From Eledone cirrhosa (taxonomy: Eukaryota): a stretch of DNA of 64,000 bases. The stretch is taken from contig OZ024764.1 of assembly GCA_964016885.1 (NCBI GenBank), positions 8,928,001 through 8,992,000 of the forward strand, in the 5' to 3' direction. The notes beneath the pieces were generated by a model that saw nothing but the letters and a program-made list of their open reading frames with translations, ran no database searches and had not been told where the DNA came from. Of this stretch, positions 25,614-39,375 are shown one piece after another. Numbering within the stretch: position 1 is the stretch's first letter; the number at the start of each line of letters is the position of its first letter. Both the position numbers and the translations under genes were made by a program.

Positions 25614-28600
25614 TCATGTCTTTCGTGGTCTTCCTCTACTGCGTCTTCCTTCCACCAGGATTTGTTGGCACTTCTTTACCCAGCGGTCATCCTCCATGCA
25701 CATCACATGTCCATACCATCTCAGTCTTCTCTCCCACACACCACAACTTATCCCTCTTATACACAGTTTCTCTCTCAACACATCACATGTCCATACCATC
25801 TCAGTCTTCTCTCCCACACACCACAACTTATCCCTCTTATACACAGTTTCTCTCTCAACACATCACATGTCCAAACCATCTCAGTCTTCTCTCCCACACA
25901 CTACAGTTTATCCCTCTTATACACAGTTTCTCTCTCAACACATCACATGTCCATACCATCACACACTACAGTTTATCCCTCTTATACACAGTTTCTGTCT
26001 CAACTCATCACATGTCCATACCATCTCAGTCTTCTCTCCCACACACCACAACTTATCCCTCTTATACACAGTTTCTCTCTCAACACATCACATGTCCATC
26101 CCATCTCAGTCTTCTCTCCACCACACCACAACTTATCCCTCTTATACACAGTTTCTCTCTCAACACATCACATGTCCATACCATCTCAGTCTTCTCTCCC
26201 ACACACTTCAACTTATCCCTCTTAAACACAGTTTCTCTCTCAACACATCACATTTCCATACCATCTCAGTCTTCTCTCCCACACACCACAACTTATCCCT
26301 CTTATACACAGTTTCTCTCTCAACACATCACATTTCCATACCATCTCAGTCTTCTCTCCCACACACTACAGTTTATCCCTCTTATACCCAGTTTCTCTCT
26401 CAACACATCACATGTCCATACCATCTCAGTCTTCTCTCCCACGCACTACAGTTTATCCCTCTTATACACAGTTTCTCTCTCAACACATCACATGTCCATA
26501 CCATCTCAGTCTTCTCTTCCACACACCACAACTTATCCCTCTTATACACAGTTTCTCTCTCAACACATCACACGTCCATACCATCTCAGTCTTCTCTCCC
26601 ACACACCACAACTTATCCCTCTTATACACAGTTTCTCTCTCAACACATCACATGTCCATACCATCTCAGTCTTCTCTCCCACACACCACAACTTATCCCT
26701 CTTATACACAGTTTCTCTCTCAACACATCACATGTCCATACCATCTCAGTCTTCTCTCCCACACACCACAACTTATCCCTCTTATACACAGTTTCTCTCT
26801 CAACACATCACATGTCCATACCATCTCAGTCTTCTCTCCCACACACCACAACTTATCCCTCTTATACACAGTTTCTCTCTCAACACATCACATGTCCATA
26901 CCATCTCAGTCTTCTCTCCCGCACACTACAACTTATCCCTCTTAAACACAGTTTCTCTCTCAACACATCACATGTCCATACCATCTCAGTCTTCTCTCTC
27001 AACACATCACATGTCCATACCTTCTCAGTCTTCTCTCCCACACACCACAACTTATCCCTCTTATACACAGTTTCTCTCTCAACACATCACATGTCCATAC
27101 CATCTCAGTCTTCTCTCCCGCACACCACAACTTATCCCTCTTATACACAGTTTCTCTCTCAACACATCACATGTCCATACCATCTCAGTCTTCTCTCCCA
27201 CACACCACAACTTATCCCTCTTATACACAGTTTCTCTCTCAACACATCACATGTCCATACCTTCTCAGTCTTCTCTCCCACACACCACAACTTATCCCTC
27301 TTATACACAGTTTCTCTCTCAACACATCACATGTCCATACCATCTCAGTCTTCTCTCTCAACACATCACATGTCCATACCTTCTCAGTCTTCTCTCCCAC
27401 ACACCACAACTTATCCCTCTTATACACAGTTTCTCTCTCAACACATCACATGTCCATACCATCTCAGTCTTCTCTCCCGCACACCACAACTTATCCCTCT
27501 TATACACAGTTTCTCTCTCAACACATCACATGTCCATACCATCTCAGTCTTCTCTCCCGCACACCACAACCTATCCCCCTTACACACAGTTTCTCTCTCA
27601 ACACATCACATGTCCATACCATCTCAGTCTTCTCTCCCACACACCACAACTTATCCGTCTTATACACAGTTTCTCTCTCAACACATCACATGTCCATACC
27701 ATCTCAGTCTTCTCTCCCACACACCACAACTTATCCCTCTTATACACAGTTTCTCTCTCAACACATCACACGTCCATACCATCTCAGTCTTCTCTCCCAC
27801 ACACCACAACTTATCCCTCTTATACACAGTTTCTCTCTCAACACATCACATGTCCATACCATCTCAGTCTTCTCTCCCGCACACCACAACCTATCCCCCT
27901 TATACACAGTTTCTCTCTCAACACATCACATGTCCATACCATCTCAGTCTTCTCTCCCACATACCACAACTTATCCCTCTTATACACAGTTTCTCTCTCA
28001 ACACATCACATGTCCATACCATCTCAGTCTTCTCTCCCACACACCACAACTTATCCCTCTTATACCCAGTTTCTCTCTCAACACATCACATGTCCATACC
28101 ATCTCAGTCTTCTCTCCAACACACCACAACTTATCCCTCTTATACACAGTTTCTCTCTCAACACATCACATGTCCATACCATCTCAGTCTTCTCTCCAAC
28201 ACACCACAACTTATCCCTCTTATACCCAGTTTCTCTCTCAACACATCACATGTCCATACCATCTCAGTCTTCTCTCCCACACACCACAACTTATCCCTCT
28301 TATACACAGTTTCTCTCTCAACTCATCACATGTCCATACCATCTCAGTCTTCTCTCCCACACACCACAACTTATCCCTCTTATACCCAGTTTCTCTCTCA
28401 ACACATCACATGTCCATACCATCTCAGTCTTCTCTCCCACACACCACAACTTATCCCTCTTATACACAGTTTCTCTCTCAACACATCACATGTCCATACC
28501 ATCTCAGTCTTCTCTCCCACACACCACAACTTATCCCTCTTATACACAGTTTCTCTCTCAACACATCACACGTCCATACCATCTCAGTCTTCTCTCCCAC

Positions 28601-30289
28601 ACACCACAACTTATCCCTCTTATACACAGTTTCTCTCTCAACACATCACATGTCCATACCATCTCAGTCTTCTCTCCCACACACCACAACTTATCCCTCT
28701 TATACACAGTTTCTCTCTCAACACATCACATGTCCATACCATCTCAGTCTTCTCTCCCACACACCACAACTTATCCCTCTTATACACAGTTTCTCTCTCA
28801 ACACATCACATGTCCATACCATCTCAGTCTTCTCTCCCGCACACCACAACCTATCCCCCTTATACACAGTTTCTCTCTCAACACATCACATGTCCATACC
28901 ATCTCAGTCTTCTCTCCCACACATTACAGTTTATCCCTCTTATACCCAGTTTCTCTCTCAACACATCACATGTCCATACCATCTCAGTCTTCTCTCCCAC
29001 ACACCACAACTTATCCCTCTTATACACAGTTTCTCTCTCAACACATCACATGTCCATACCATCTCAGTCTTCTCTCCCACGCACCACAACTTATCCCTCT
29101 TATACACAGTTTCTCTCTCAACACATCACATGTCCATACCATCTCAGTCTTCTCTCCCACACACCACAACTTATCCCTCTTATACACAGTTTCTCTCTCA
29201 ACACATCACATGTCCATACCATCTCAGTCTTCTCTCCCACACACCACAACTTATCCTTCTTAAACACAGTTTCTCTCTCAACACATCACATGTCCATCCC
29301 ATCTCAGTCTTCTCTCCCGCACACCACAACTTATCCCTCTTATACACAGTTTCTCTCTCAACACATCACATGTCCATACCATCTCAGTCTTCTCTCCCGC
29401 ACACCACAACTTATCCCTCTTATACACAGTTTCTCTCTCAACACATCACATGTCCATACCATCTCAGTCTTCTCTCCCACGCACCACAACTTATCCCTCT
29501 TATACACAGTTTCTCTCTCAACACATCACATGTCCATACCATCTCAGTCTTCTCTCCCACACACCACAACTTATCCCTCTTATACACAGTTTCTCTCTCA
29601 ACACATCACATGTCCATACCTTCTCAGTCTTCTCTCCCGCACACCACAACTTATCCCTCTTATACACAGTTTCTCTCTCAACACATCACACGTCCATACC
29701 ATCTCAGTCTTCTCTCCCGCACACCACAACTTATCCCTCTTATACACAGTTTCTCTCTCAACACATCACATGTCCATACCATCTCAGTCTTCTCTCCCAC
29801 ACACCACAACTTATACCTCTTATACACAGTTTCTCTCTCAACACATCACATGTCCATACCATCACAGTCTTCTCTCCCACACACCACAACTTATACCTCT
29901 TATACACAGTTTCTCTCTCAACACATCACATGTCCATACCATCTCAGTCTTCTCTCCCACACACTACAACTTATCCCTCTTATACACAGTTTCTCTCTCA
30001 ACACATCACATGTCCATACCATCTCAGTCTTCTCTCCCACACACCACAACTTATCCCTCTTATACACAGTTTCTCTCTCAACACATCACATGTCCATACC
30101 AACGCAGTCTTCTCTCCCACACACCACAACTTATACCTCTTATACACAGTTTCTCTCTCAACACATCACATGTCCATACCATCTCAGTCTTCTCTCCCAC
30201 ACACCACAACTTATCTCTCTTATACACAGTTTCTCTCTCAACTCATCTATGCTTGGTCGTTCATTTCCTTTATTTAGCTAAAGGGTCCT
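25614..30289 (-). mobile_element. RTE LINE 3' fragment with internal 80-bp array (left arm)
   Basis: Minus-strand LREKLCIRGISCGVWERRLRWYGHVMCMEDDRWVKKCQQILVEGRRSRGRPRKT. Confidence 0.88.
25698..30244. repeat. 80-bp tandem array (~57 units), reverse complement of the array at 31729-38688
   Basis: Period 80 with a few shorter deletion units. Confidence 0.98.
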
Positions 30290-30372
30290 TATTTTATTTC
30301 CAACAGGAGCATGTGTTTTTTATTGGCAACATGATCCTCCCAAAATATAACAATATATATATATATACTCAC

Positions 30373-30463
30373 GGTTTGCTACAGCCTGTCGTACAGCTGT
30401 CAGATGAGGGAGTTTTGACACAAACTGTTTCAGTTTGTCTAAAGTGTTCGCAGAATGGCGTTC
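30373..30463 (-). CDS. VPS33A: VPS33A coding exon 9
   Basis: ERHSANTLDKLKQFVSKLPHLTAVRQAVAN; AG/GT bounded, 91 nt. Confidence 0.95.
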
Positions 30464-30605
30464 CTGTAGCAAAAGAAAAAATATATATATATATATTAGT
30501 ATTGGTACTGTGAAATAGCGATGTATACATGAACGTATGTATTGTATATTTAGCAATATACTGAATGTTTATTTTAAAACATTTTGAAGACCATTCGCTA
30601 TGGTT

Positions 30606-31595
30606 TTAACCCTTTACATTACTCTATATATACTATTGTATTTTCACAGTAAAGACTTTACCTCACTTAATATCTAACATAACATTTACATGACTCTATA
30701 TATACTATTGTATTTTCACAATAAAGGCTTTACTTCACATAATATCTCACATAACATTTACATTACTCTATATATACTATTGTATTTTCACAGTAAAGGC
30801 TTTACCTCACATAACATTTACATTACTCTATATATACTATTGTATTTTCACAATAAAGGCTTTACCTCACATAATATCTCACATAACTCTATATATACTA
30901 TTGTATTTTCACAATAAAGGCTTTACCTCACATAATATCTCACATAACATTTACATTACTCTATATATACTATTGTATTTTCACAGTAAAGGCTTTACCT
31001 CACATAATATCTCACATAACATTTACATTACTCTATATATACTATTGTATTGTCACAGTAAAGGCTTTACCTCACATAATATCTCACATAACATTTACAT
31101 TACTCTATATATACTATTGTATTGTCACAGTAAAGGCTTTACCTCACATAATACCTCACATAACATTTACATTACTCTATATATACTATTGTATTGTCAC
31201 AGTAAAGGCTTTACCTCACATAATATCTCACATAACATTTACATTACTCTATATATACTATTGTATTGTCACAGTAAAGGCTTTACCTCACATATCTCAC
31301 ATAACATTTACATTACTCTATATATACTATTGTCTTTTCACAATAAAGGCTTTACCTCACATAATATCTCACATAACATTTACATTACTCTATATATACT
31401 ATTGTATTGTATTTTTGTGGTAAAGGCTTTGTCTTACATAATTATCTCTCATAGTATCGAAGCTATGAGATTTTGATGTTATTTATTTTGAGAACAATAC
31501 CTTAACATAAGTATGAGTGGCAATTACTGCTGGTTTGGACAGAAAGAAGTGAGAGACTTCTGGCCATATGGCTAGTTTAAATGCTAAAGGGTTAA
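30606..31595. mobile_element. piggyBac-like TTAA MITE with internal ~72-bp tandem expansion
   Basis: TTAA-CCCTTTA ... TAAAGGG-TTAA termini; unexpanded tandem pair at 53493-53907 and a minus-strand relative at ~48213-48675. Confidence 0.8.
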
Positions 31596-31681
31596 AGTAG
31601 TGACTATGTCACTTACTTATTCTCAGCAAAAGCAAATCTTTTGTACATTTCGAAAAGAGGTTGATGAAAAGACAGGCTGAG

Positions 31682-34600
31682 AGGACCCTTTAACTAAATA
31701 AAGGACATGAACGACCAAGCATAGATGAGTTGAGAGAGAAACTGTGTATAAGAGGGATAAGTTGAAGTGTGCGGAAGAGAAGACTGTGATGGTATGGACA
31801 TGTGATGTGTTGAGAGAGAAACTGTGTATAAGAGGGATAAGTTGTAGTGTGTAGGAGAGAAGACTGAGATGGTATGGACATGTGATGTGTTGAGAGAGAA
31901 ACTGTGTATAAGAGGGATAAGTTGTGGTGTGTGGGAGACAAGACTGAGATGGTATGGACATGTGATGTGTTGAGAGAGAAACTGTGTATAAGAGGGATAA
32001 GTTGTAGTGTGTGGGAGAGAAGACTGAGATGGTATGGACATGTGATGTGTTGAGAGAGAAACTGTGTATAAGAGGGATAAGTTGTGGTGTGTGGGAGAGA
32101 AGGCTGAGATGGTATGGACATGTGATGTGTTGAGAGAGAAACTGTGTATAAGAGGGATAAGTTGTGGTGTGTGGGAGAGAAGACTGAGATGGTATGGACA
32201 TGTGATGTGTTGAGAGAGAAACTGTGTATAAGAGGGATAAGTTGTGGTGTGTGGGAGAGAAGACTGAGATGGTATGGACATGTGATGTGTTGAGAGAGAA
32301 ACTGTGTATAAGAGGGATAAGTTGTAGTGTGTGGGAGAGAAGACTGAGATGGTATGGACATGTGATGTGTTGAGAGAGAAACTGTGTATAAGAGGGATAA
32401 GTTGTGGTGTGTGGGAGAGAAGGCTGAGATGGTATGGACATGTGATGTGTTGAGAGAGAAACTGTGTATAAGAGGGATAAGTTGTAGTGTGCGGGAGAGA
32501 AGACTGAGATGGTATGGACATGTGATGTGTTGAGAGAGAAACTGTGTATAAGAGGGATAGGTTGTGGTGTGTGGGAGAGAAGGCTAAGATGGTATGGACA
32601 TGTGATGTGTTGAGAGAGAAACTGGGTATAAGAGGGATAAGTTGTAGTGTGTGGGAGAGAAGGCTGAGATGGTATGGACATGTGATGTGTTGAGAGAGAA
32701 ACTGTGTATAAGAGGGATAAACTATAGTGTGTGGGAGAGAAGACTGAGATGGTATGGACATGTGATGTGTTGAGAGAGAAACTGGGTATAAGAGGGATAG
32801 GTTGTGGTGTGTGGGAGAGAAGGCTGAGATGGTATGGACATGTGATGTGTTGAGAGAGAAACTGGGTATAAGAGGGATAAGTTGTGGTGTGTGGGAGAGA
32901 AGGCTGAGATGGTATGGACATGTGATGTGTTGAGAGAGAAACTGTGTATAAGAGGGATAAGTTGTGGTGTGTGGGAGAGAAGACTGAGATGGTATGGACA
33001 TGTGATGTGTTGAGAGAGAAACTGTGTATAAGAGGGATAAGTTGTGGTGTGTGGGAGAGAAGACTGAGATGGTATGGACATGTGATGTGTTGAGAGAGAA
33101 ACTGTGTATAAGAGGGATAAGTTGTGGTGTGTGGGAGAGAAGGCTGAGATGGTATGGACATGTGATGTGTTGAGAGAGAAACTGTGTATAAGAGGGATAA
33201 GTTGTAGTGTGCGGGAGAGAAGACTGAGATGGTATGGACATGTGATGTGTTGAGAGAGAAACTGGGTATAAGAGGGATAAGTTGTGGTGTGTGGGAGAGA
33301 AGACTGAGATGGTATGGACATGTGATGTGTTGAGAGAGAAACTGTGTATAAGAGGGATAAGTTGTGGTGTGTGGGAGAGAAGGCTGAGATGGTATGGACA
33401 TGTGATGTGTTGAGAGAGAAACTGTGTATAAGAGGGATAAGTTGTAGTGTGCGGGAGAGAAGACTGAGATGGTATGGACATGTGATGTGTTGAGAGAGAA
33501 ACTGTGTATAAGAGGGATAGGTTGTGGTGTGTGGGAGAGAAGGCTGAGATGGTATGGACATGTGATGTGTTGAGAGAGAAACTGTGTATAAGAGGGATAG
33601 GTTGTGGTGTGTGGGAGAGAAGGCTGAGATGGTATGGACATGTGATGTGTTGAGAGAGAAACTGGGTATAAGAGGGATAAGTTGTAGTGTGTGGGAGAGA
33701 AGACTGAGATGGTATGGACATGTGATGTGTTGAGAGAGAAACTGGGTATAAGAGGGATAAGTTGTAGTGTGTGGGAGAGAAGACTGAGATGGTATGGACA
33801 TGTGATGTGTTGAGAGAGAAACTGTGTATAAGAGGGATAAGTTGTGGTGTGTGGGAGAGAAGGCTGAGATGGTATGGACATGTGATGTGTTGAGAGAGAA
33901 ACTGTGTATAAGAGGGATAAGTTGTGGTGTGTGGGAGAGAAGACTGAGATGGTATGGACATGTGATGTGCTGAGAGAGAAACTGTGTATAAGAGGGATAA
34001 GTTGTGGTGTGTGGGAGAGAAGACTGAGATGGTATGGACATGTGATGTGTTGAGAGAGAAACTGTGTATAAGAGGGATAAGTTGTGGTGTGTGGGAGAGA
34101 AGGCTGAGATGGTATGGACATGTGATGTGTTGAGAGAGAAACTGGGTATAAGAGGGATAAGTTGTGGTGTGTGGGAGAGAAGTCTGAGATGGTATGGACA
34201 TGTGATGTGTTGAGAGAGAAACTGGGTATAAGAGGGATAAGTTGTAGTGTGTGGGAGAGAAGACTGAGATGGTATGGACATGTGATGTGTTGAGAGAGAA
34301 ACTGGGTATAAGAGGGATAAGTTGAAGTGTGCGGAAGAGAAGACTGAGATGGTATGGACATGTGATGTGTTGAGAGAGAAACTGTGTATAAGAGGGATAA
34401 GTTGTAGTGTGCGGGAGAGAAGACTGAGATGGTATGGACATGTGATGTGTTGAGAGAGAAACTGGGTATAAGAGGGATAGGTTGTGGTGTGTGGGAGAGA
34501 AGACTGAGATGGTATGGACATGTGATGTGTTGAGAGAGAAACTGGGTATAAGAGGGATAGGTTGTGGTGTGTGGGAGAGAAGACTGAGATGGTATGGACA

Positions 34601-37600
34601 TGTGATGTGTTGAGAGAGAAACTGTGTATAAGAGGGATAGGTTGTGGTGTGTGGGAGAGAAGACTGAGATGGTATGGACATGTGATGTGTTGAGAGAGAA
34701 ACTGGGTATAAGAGGGATAGGTTGTGGTGTGTGGGAGAGAAGACTGAGATGGTATGGACATGTGATGTGTTGAGAGAGAAACTGGGTATAAGAGGGATAG
34801 GTTGTGGTGTGTGGGAGAGAAGACTGAGATGGTATGGACATGTGATGTGTTGAGAGAGAAACTGGGTATAAGAGGGATAAGTTGTGGTGTGTGGGAGAGA
34901 AGACTGAGATGGTATGGACATGTGATGTGTTGAGAGAGAAACTGTGTATAAGAGGGATAAGTTATGGTGTGTGGGAGAGAAGACTGAGATGGTATGGACA
35001 TGTGATGTGTTGAGAGAGAAACTGTGTATAAGAGGGATAAGTTATGGTGTGTGGGAGAGAAGACTGAGATGGTATGGACATGTGATGTGTTGAGAGAGAA
35101 ACTGTGTATAAGAGGGATAAGTTGTGGTGTGTGGGAGAGAAGACTGAGATGGTATGGACATGTGATGTGTTGAGAGAGAAACTGTGTATAAGAGGGATAA
35201 GTTATGGTGTGTGGGAGAGAAGACTGAGATGGTATGGACATGTGATGTGTTGAGAGAGAAACTGGGTATAAGAGGGATAGGTTGTGGTGTGTGGGAGAGA
35301 AGGCTGAGATGGTATGGACATGTGATGTGTTGAGAGAGAAACTGGGTATAAGAGGGATAAGTTGTGGTGTGTGGGAGAGAAGGCTGAGATGGTATGGACA
35401 TGTGATGTGTTGAGAGAGAAACTGGGTATAAGAGGGATAGGTTGTGGTGTGTGGGAGAGAAGACTGAGATGGTATGGACATGTGATGTGTTGAGAGAGAA
35501 ACTGTGTATAAGAGGGATAGGTTGTGGTGTGTGGGAGAGAAGACTGAGATGGTATGGACATGTGATGTGTTGAGAGAGAAACTGGGTATAAGAGGGATAG
35601 GTTGTGGTGTGTGGGAGAGAAGACTGAGATGGTATGGACATGTGATGTGTTGAGAGAGAAACTGGGTATAAGAGGGATAGGTTGTGGTGTGTGGGAGAGA
35701 AGACTGAGATGGTATGGACATGTGATGTGTTGAGAGAGAAACTGGGTATAAGAGGGATAAGTTGTGGTGTGTGGGAGAGAAGACTGAGATGGTATGGACA
35801 TGTGATGTGTTGAGAGAGAAACTGTGTATAAGAGGGATAAGTTGTGGTGTGTGGGAGAGAAGACTGAGATGGTATGGACATGTGATGTGTTGAGAGAGAA
35901 ACTGTGTATAAGAGGGATAAGTTATGGTGTGTGGGAGAGAAGACTGAGATGGTATGGACATGTGATGTGTTGAGAGAGAAACTGGGTATAAGAGGGATAG
36001 GTTGTGGTGTGTGGGAGAGAAGGCTGAGATGGTATGGACATGTGATGTGTTGAGAGAGAAACTGGGTATAAGAGGGATAAGTTGTGGTGTGTGGGAGAGA
36101 AGGCTGAGATGGTATGGACATGTGATGTGTTGAGAGAGAAACTGTGTATAAGAGGGATAAGTTGTGGTGTGTGGGAGAGAAGACTGAGATGGTATGGACA
36201 TGTGATGTGTTGAGAGAGAAACTGTGTATAAGAGGGATAAGTTGTGGTGTGTGGGAGAGAAGACTGAGATGGTATGGACATGTGATGTGTTGAGAGAGAA
36301 ACTGTGTATAAGAGGGATAAGTTGTGGTGTGTGGGAGAGAAGGCTGAGATGGTATGGACATGTGATGTGTTGAGAGAGAAACTGTGTATAAGAGGGATAA
36401 GTTGTAGTGTGCGGGAGAGAAGACTGAGATGGTATGGACATGTGATGTGTTGAGAGAGAAACTGGGTATAAGAGGGATAAGTTGTGGTGTGTGGGAGAGA
36501 AGACTGAGATGGTATGGACATGTGATGTGTTGAGAGAGAAACTGTGTATAAGAGGGATAAGTTGTGGTGTGTGGGAGAGAAGGCTGAGATGGTATGGACA
36601 TGTGATGTGTTGAGAGAGAAACTGTGTATAAGAGGGATAAGTTGTAGTGTGCGGGAGAGAAGACTGAGATGGTATGGACATGTGATGTGTTGAGAGAGAA
36701 ACTGTGTATAAGAGGGATAGGTTGTGGTGTGTGGGAGAGAAGGCTGAGATGGTATGGACATGTGATGTGTTGAGAGAGAAACTGTGTATAAGAGGGATAA
36801 GTTGTGGTGTGTGGGAGAGAAGACTGAGATGGTATGGACATGTGATGTGCTGAGAGAGAAACTGTGTATAAGAGGGATAAGTTGTGGTGTGTGGGAGAGA
36901 AGACTGAGATGGTATGGACATGTGATGTGTTGAGAGAGAAACTGTGTATAAGAGGGATAAGTTGTGGTGTGTGGGAGAGAAGGCTGAGATGGTATGGACA
37001 TGTGATGTGTTGAGAGAGAAACTGGGTATAAGAGGGATAAGTTGTGGTGTGTGGGAGAGAAGTCTGAGATGGTATGGACATGTGATGTGTTGAGAGAGAA
37101 ACTGGGTATAAGAGGGATAAGTTGTAGTGTGTGGGAGAGAAAACTGAGATGGTATGGACATGTGATGTGTTGAGAGAGAAACTGGGTATAAGAGGGATAA
37201 GTTGTGGTGTGTGGGAGAGAAGTCTGAGATGGTATGGACATGTGATGTGTTGAGAGAGAAACTGGGTATAAGAGGGATAAGTTGTAGTGTGTGGGAGAGA
37301 AGACTGAGATGGTATGGACATGTGATGTGTTGAGAGAGAAACTGGGTATAAGAGGGATAAGTTGAAGTGTGCGGAAGAGAAGACTGAGATGGTATGGACA
37401 TGTGATGTGTTGAGAGAGAAACTGTGTATAAGAGGGATAAGTTGTAGTGTGCGGGAGAGAAGACTGAGATGGTATGGACATGTGATGTGTTGAGAGAGAA
37501 ACTGGGTATAAGAGGGATAGGTTGTGGTGTGTGGGAGAGAAGACTGAGATGGTATGGACATGTGATGTGTTGAGAGAGAAACTGGGTATAAGAGGGATAG

Positions 37601-38911
37601 GTTGTGGTGTGTGGGAGAGAAGACTGAGATGGTATGGACATGTGATGTGTTGAGAGAGAAACTGTGTATAAGAGGGATAGGTTGTGGTGTGTGGGAGAGA
37701 AGACTGAGATGGTATGGACATGTGATGTGTTGAGAGAGAAACTGGGTATAAGAGGGATAGGTTGTGGTGTGTGGGAGAGAAGACTGAGATGGTATGGACA
37801 TGTGATGTGTTGAGAGAGAAACTGGGTATAAGAGGGATAGGTTGTGGTGTGTGGGAGAGAAGACTGAGATGGTATGGACATGTGATGTGTTGAGAGAGAA
37901 ACTGGGTATAAGAGGGATAAGTTGTGGTGTGTGGGAGAGAAGACTGAGATGGTATGGACATGTGATGTGTTGAGAGAGAAACTGTGTATAAGAGGGATAA
38001 GTTATGGTGTGTGGGAGAGAAGACTGAGATGGTATGGACATGTGATGTGTTGAGAGAGAAACTGTGTATAAGAGGGATAAGTTATGGTGTGTGGGAGAGA
38101 AGACTGAGATGGTATGGACATGTGATGTGTTGAGAGAGAAACTGTGTATAAGAGGGATAAGTTGTGGTGTGTGGGAGAGAAGACTGAGATGGTATGGACA
38201 TGTGATGTGTTGAGAGAGAAACTGTGTATAAGAGGGATAAGTTATGGTGTGTGGGAGAGAAGACTGAGATGGTATGGACATGTGATGTGTTGAGAGAGAA
38301 ACTGTGTATAAGAGGGATAAGTTATGGTGTGTGGGAGAGAAGACTGAGATGGTATGGACATGTGATGTGTTGAGAGAGAAACTGTGTATAAGAGGGATAA
38401 GTTATGGTGTGTGGGAGAGAAGACTGAGATGGTATGGACATGTGATGTGTTGAGAGAGAAACTGTGTATAAGAGGGATAAGTTATGGTGTGTGGGAGAGA
38501 AGACTGAGATGGTATGGACATGTGATGTGTTGAGAGAGAAACTGTGTATAAGAGGGATAAGTTGTGGTGTGTGGGAGAGAAGACTGAGATGGTATGGACA
38601 TGTGATGTGTTGAGAGAGAAACTGTGTATAAGAGGGATAAGTTATGGTGTGTGGGAGAGAAGACTGCGCTGGTATGGACATGTGATGCGCATGGAGGATG
38701 ACTGCTGGGTAAAGTGCCAAGAAATCCCAGTAGAAGGAAGACGCAGTAGAGAAAGACCATGAAAATCATGGGATGAGGTGGTGAGAGCTGACCTCAGATC
38801 GCTGAAGCTCACAGAGGAAATGAAGGGCCGTGACAAGTGGAGAGATGCTGTGCTGAATAGGACCCGTCCCACCCTTGCAAGCAGGGAAAATGGACGTAAA
38901 ATGATGATGAA
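31682..38911 (+). mobile_element. RTE LINE 3' fragment with internal 80-bp array (right arm) and intact 3' tail
   Basis: ERPSIDELREKL..(array)..ERRLRWYGHVMRMEDDCWVKCQEIPVEGRRSRERP, then CCCGTCCCACCCTTGCAAGCAGGGAAAATGGACGTAAAATGATGATGA. Confidence 0.9.
31729..38688. repeat. 80-bp tandem array (~87 units)
   Basis: Exact 80-bp period with no indels seen. Confidence 0.98.
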
Positions 38912-38924
38912 GAGGTTAACTTAC

Positions 38925-39121
38925 ATCGAACTGGGCCGAGAGTAGTTTGAGTTTCTTGCAGACGAGGGAGTTGATGGCATCAATGTTCTTGTCTCGAAGA
39001 TCAGCAAAGTGTTCATCTGATGAATCAAGGACTATTTTCTTCGGCTCCAAAGTGACGTCACCTTTGTGGTCTTTCAGTTGTTCTTTGGTCATGAATTTTT
39101 CCGCTGGGAGTTTCACATTGG
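38925..39121 (-). CDS. VPS33A: VPS33A coding exon 8
   Basis: NVKLPAEKF...EPKKIVLDSSDEHFADLRDKNIDAINSLVCKKLKLLSAQFD; AG/GT bounded, 197 nt. Confidence 0.96.
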
Positions 39122-39375
39122 CTGGCAAATAAACAAAACACATAAACCAACAAATGGTGGTGGTGGTGGGGGAATAGTAATGGTGGTGGTGGTGGGGAGG
39201 ATAGTAATGGTGGTGGTGGTGGTGGGGGATAGTAATGGCGAGTGGTGGCGAATGGTAATGGTGTTGGTGGGGTGTAGTAATGGTATTGGTGGGGGGATAG
39301 TAATGGTCGGGGTGGGGAATGGTAATGGAAGTAGTTGTAGTGGTCGTGGTGATGATGATGATAACAGTGGTCAGA

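Noticed and set aside
25616-38720. Very long ORFs (up to 1719 aa, SHTPQLIPL... repeats)
   Set aside because: Stop-poor antisense reading of the 80-bp array, open in all three frames and lying inside VPS33A introns.
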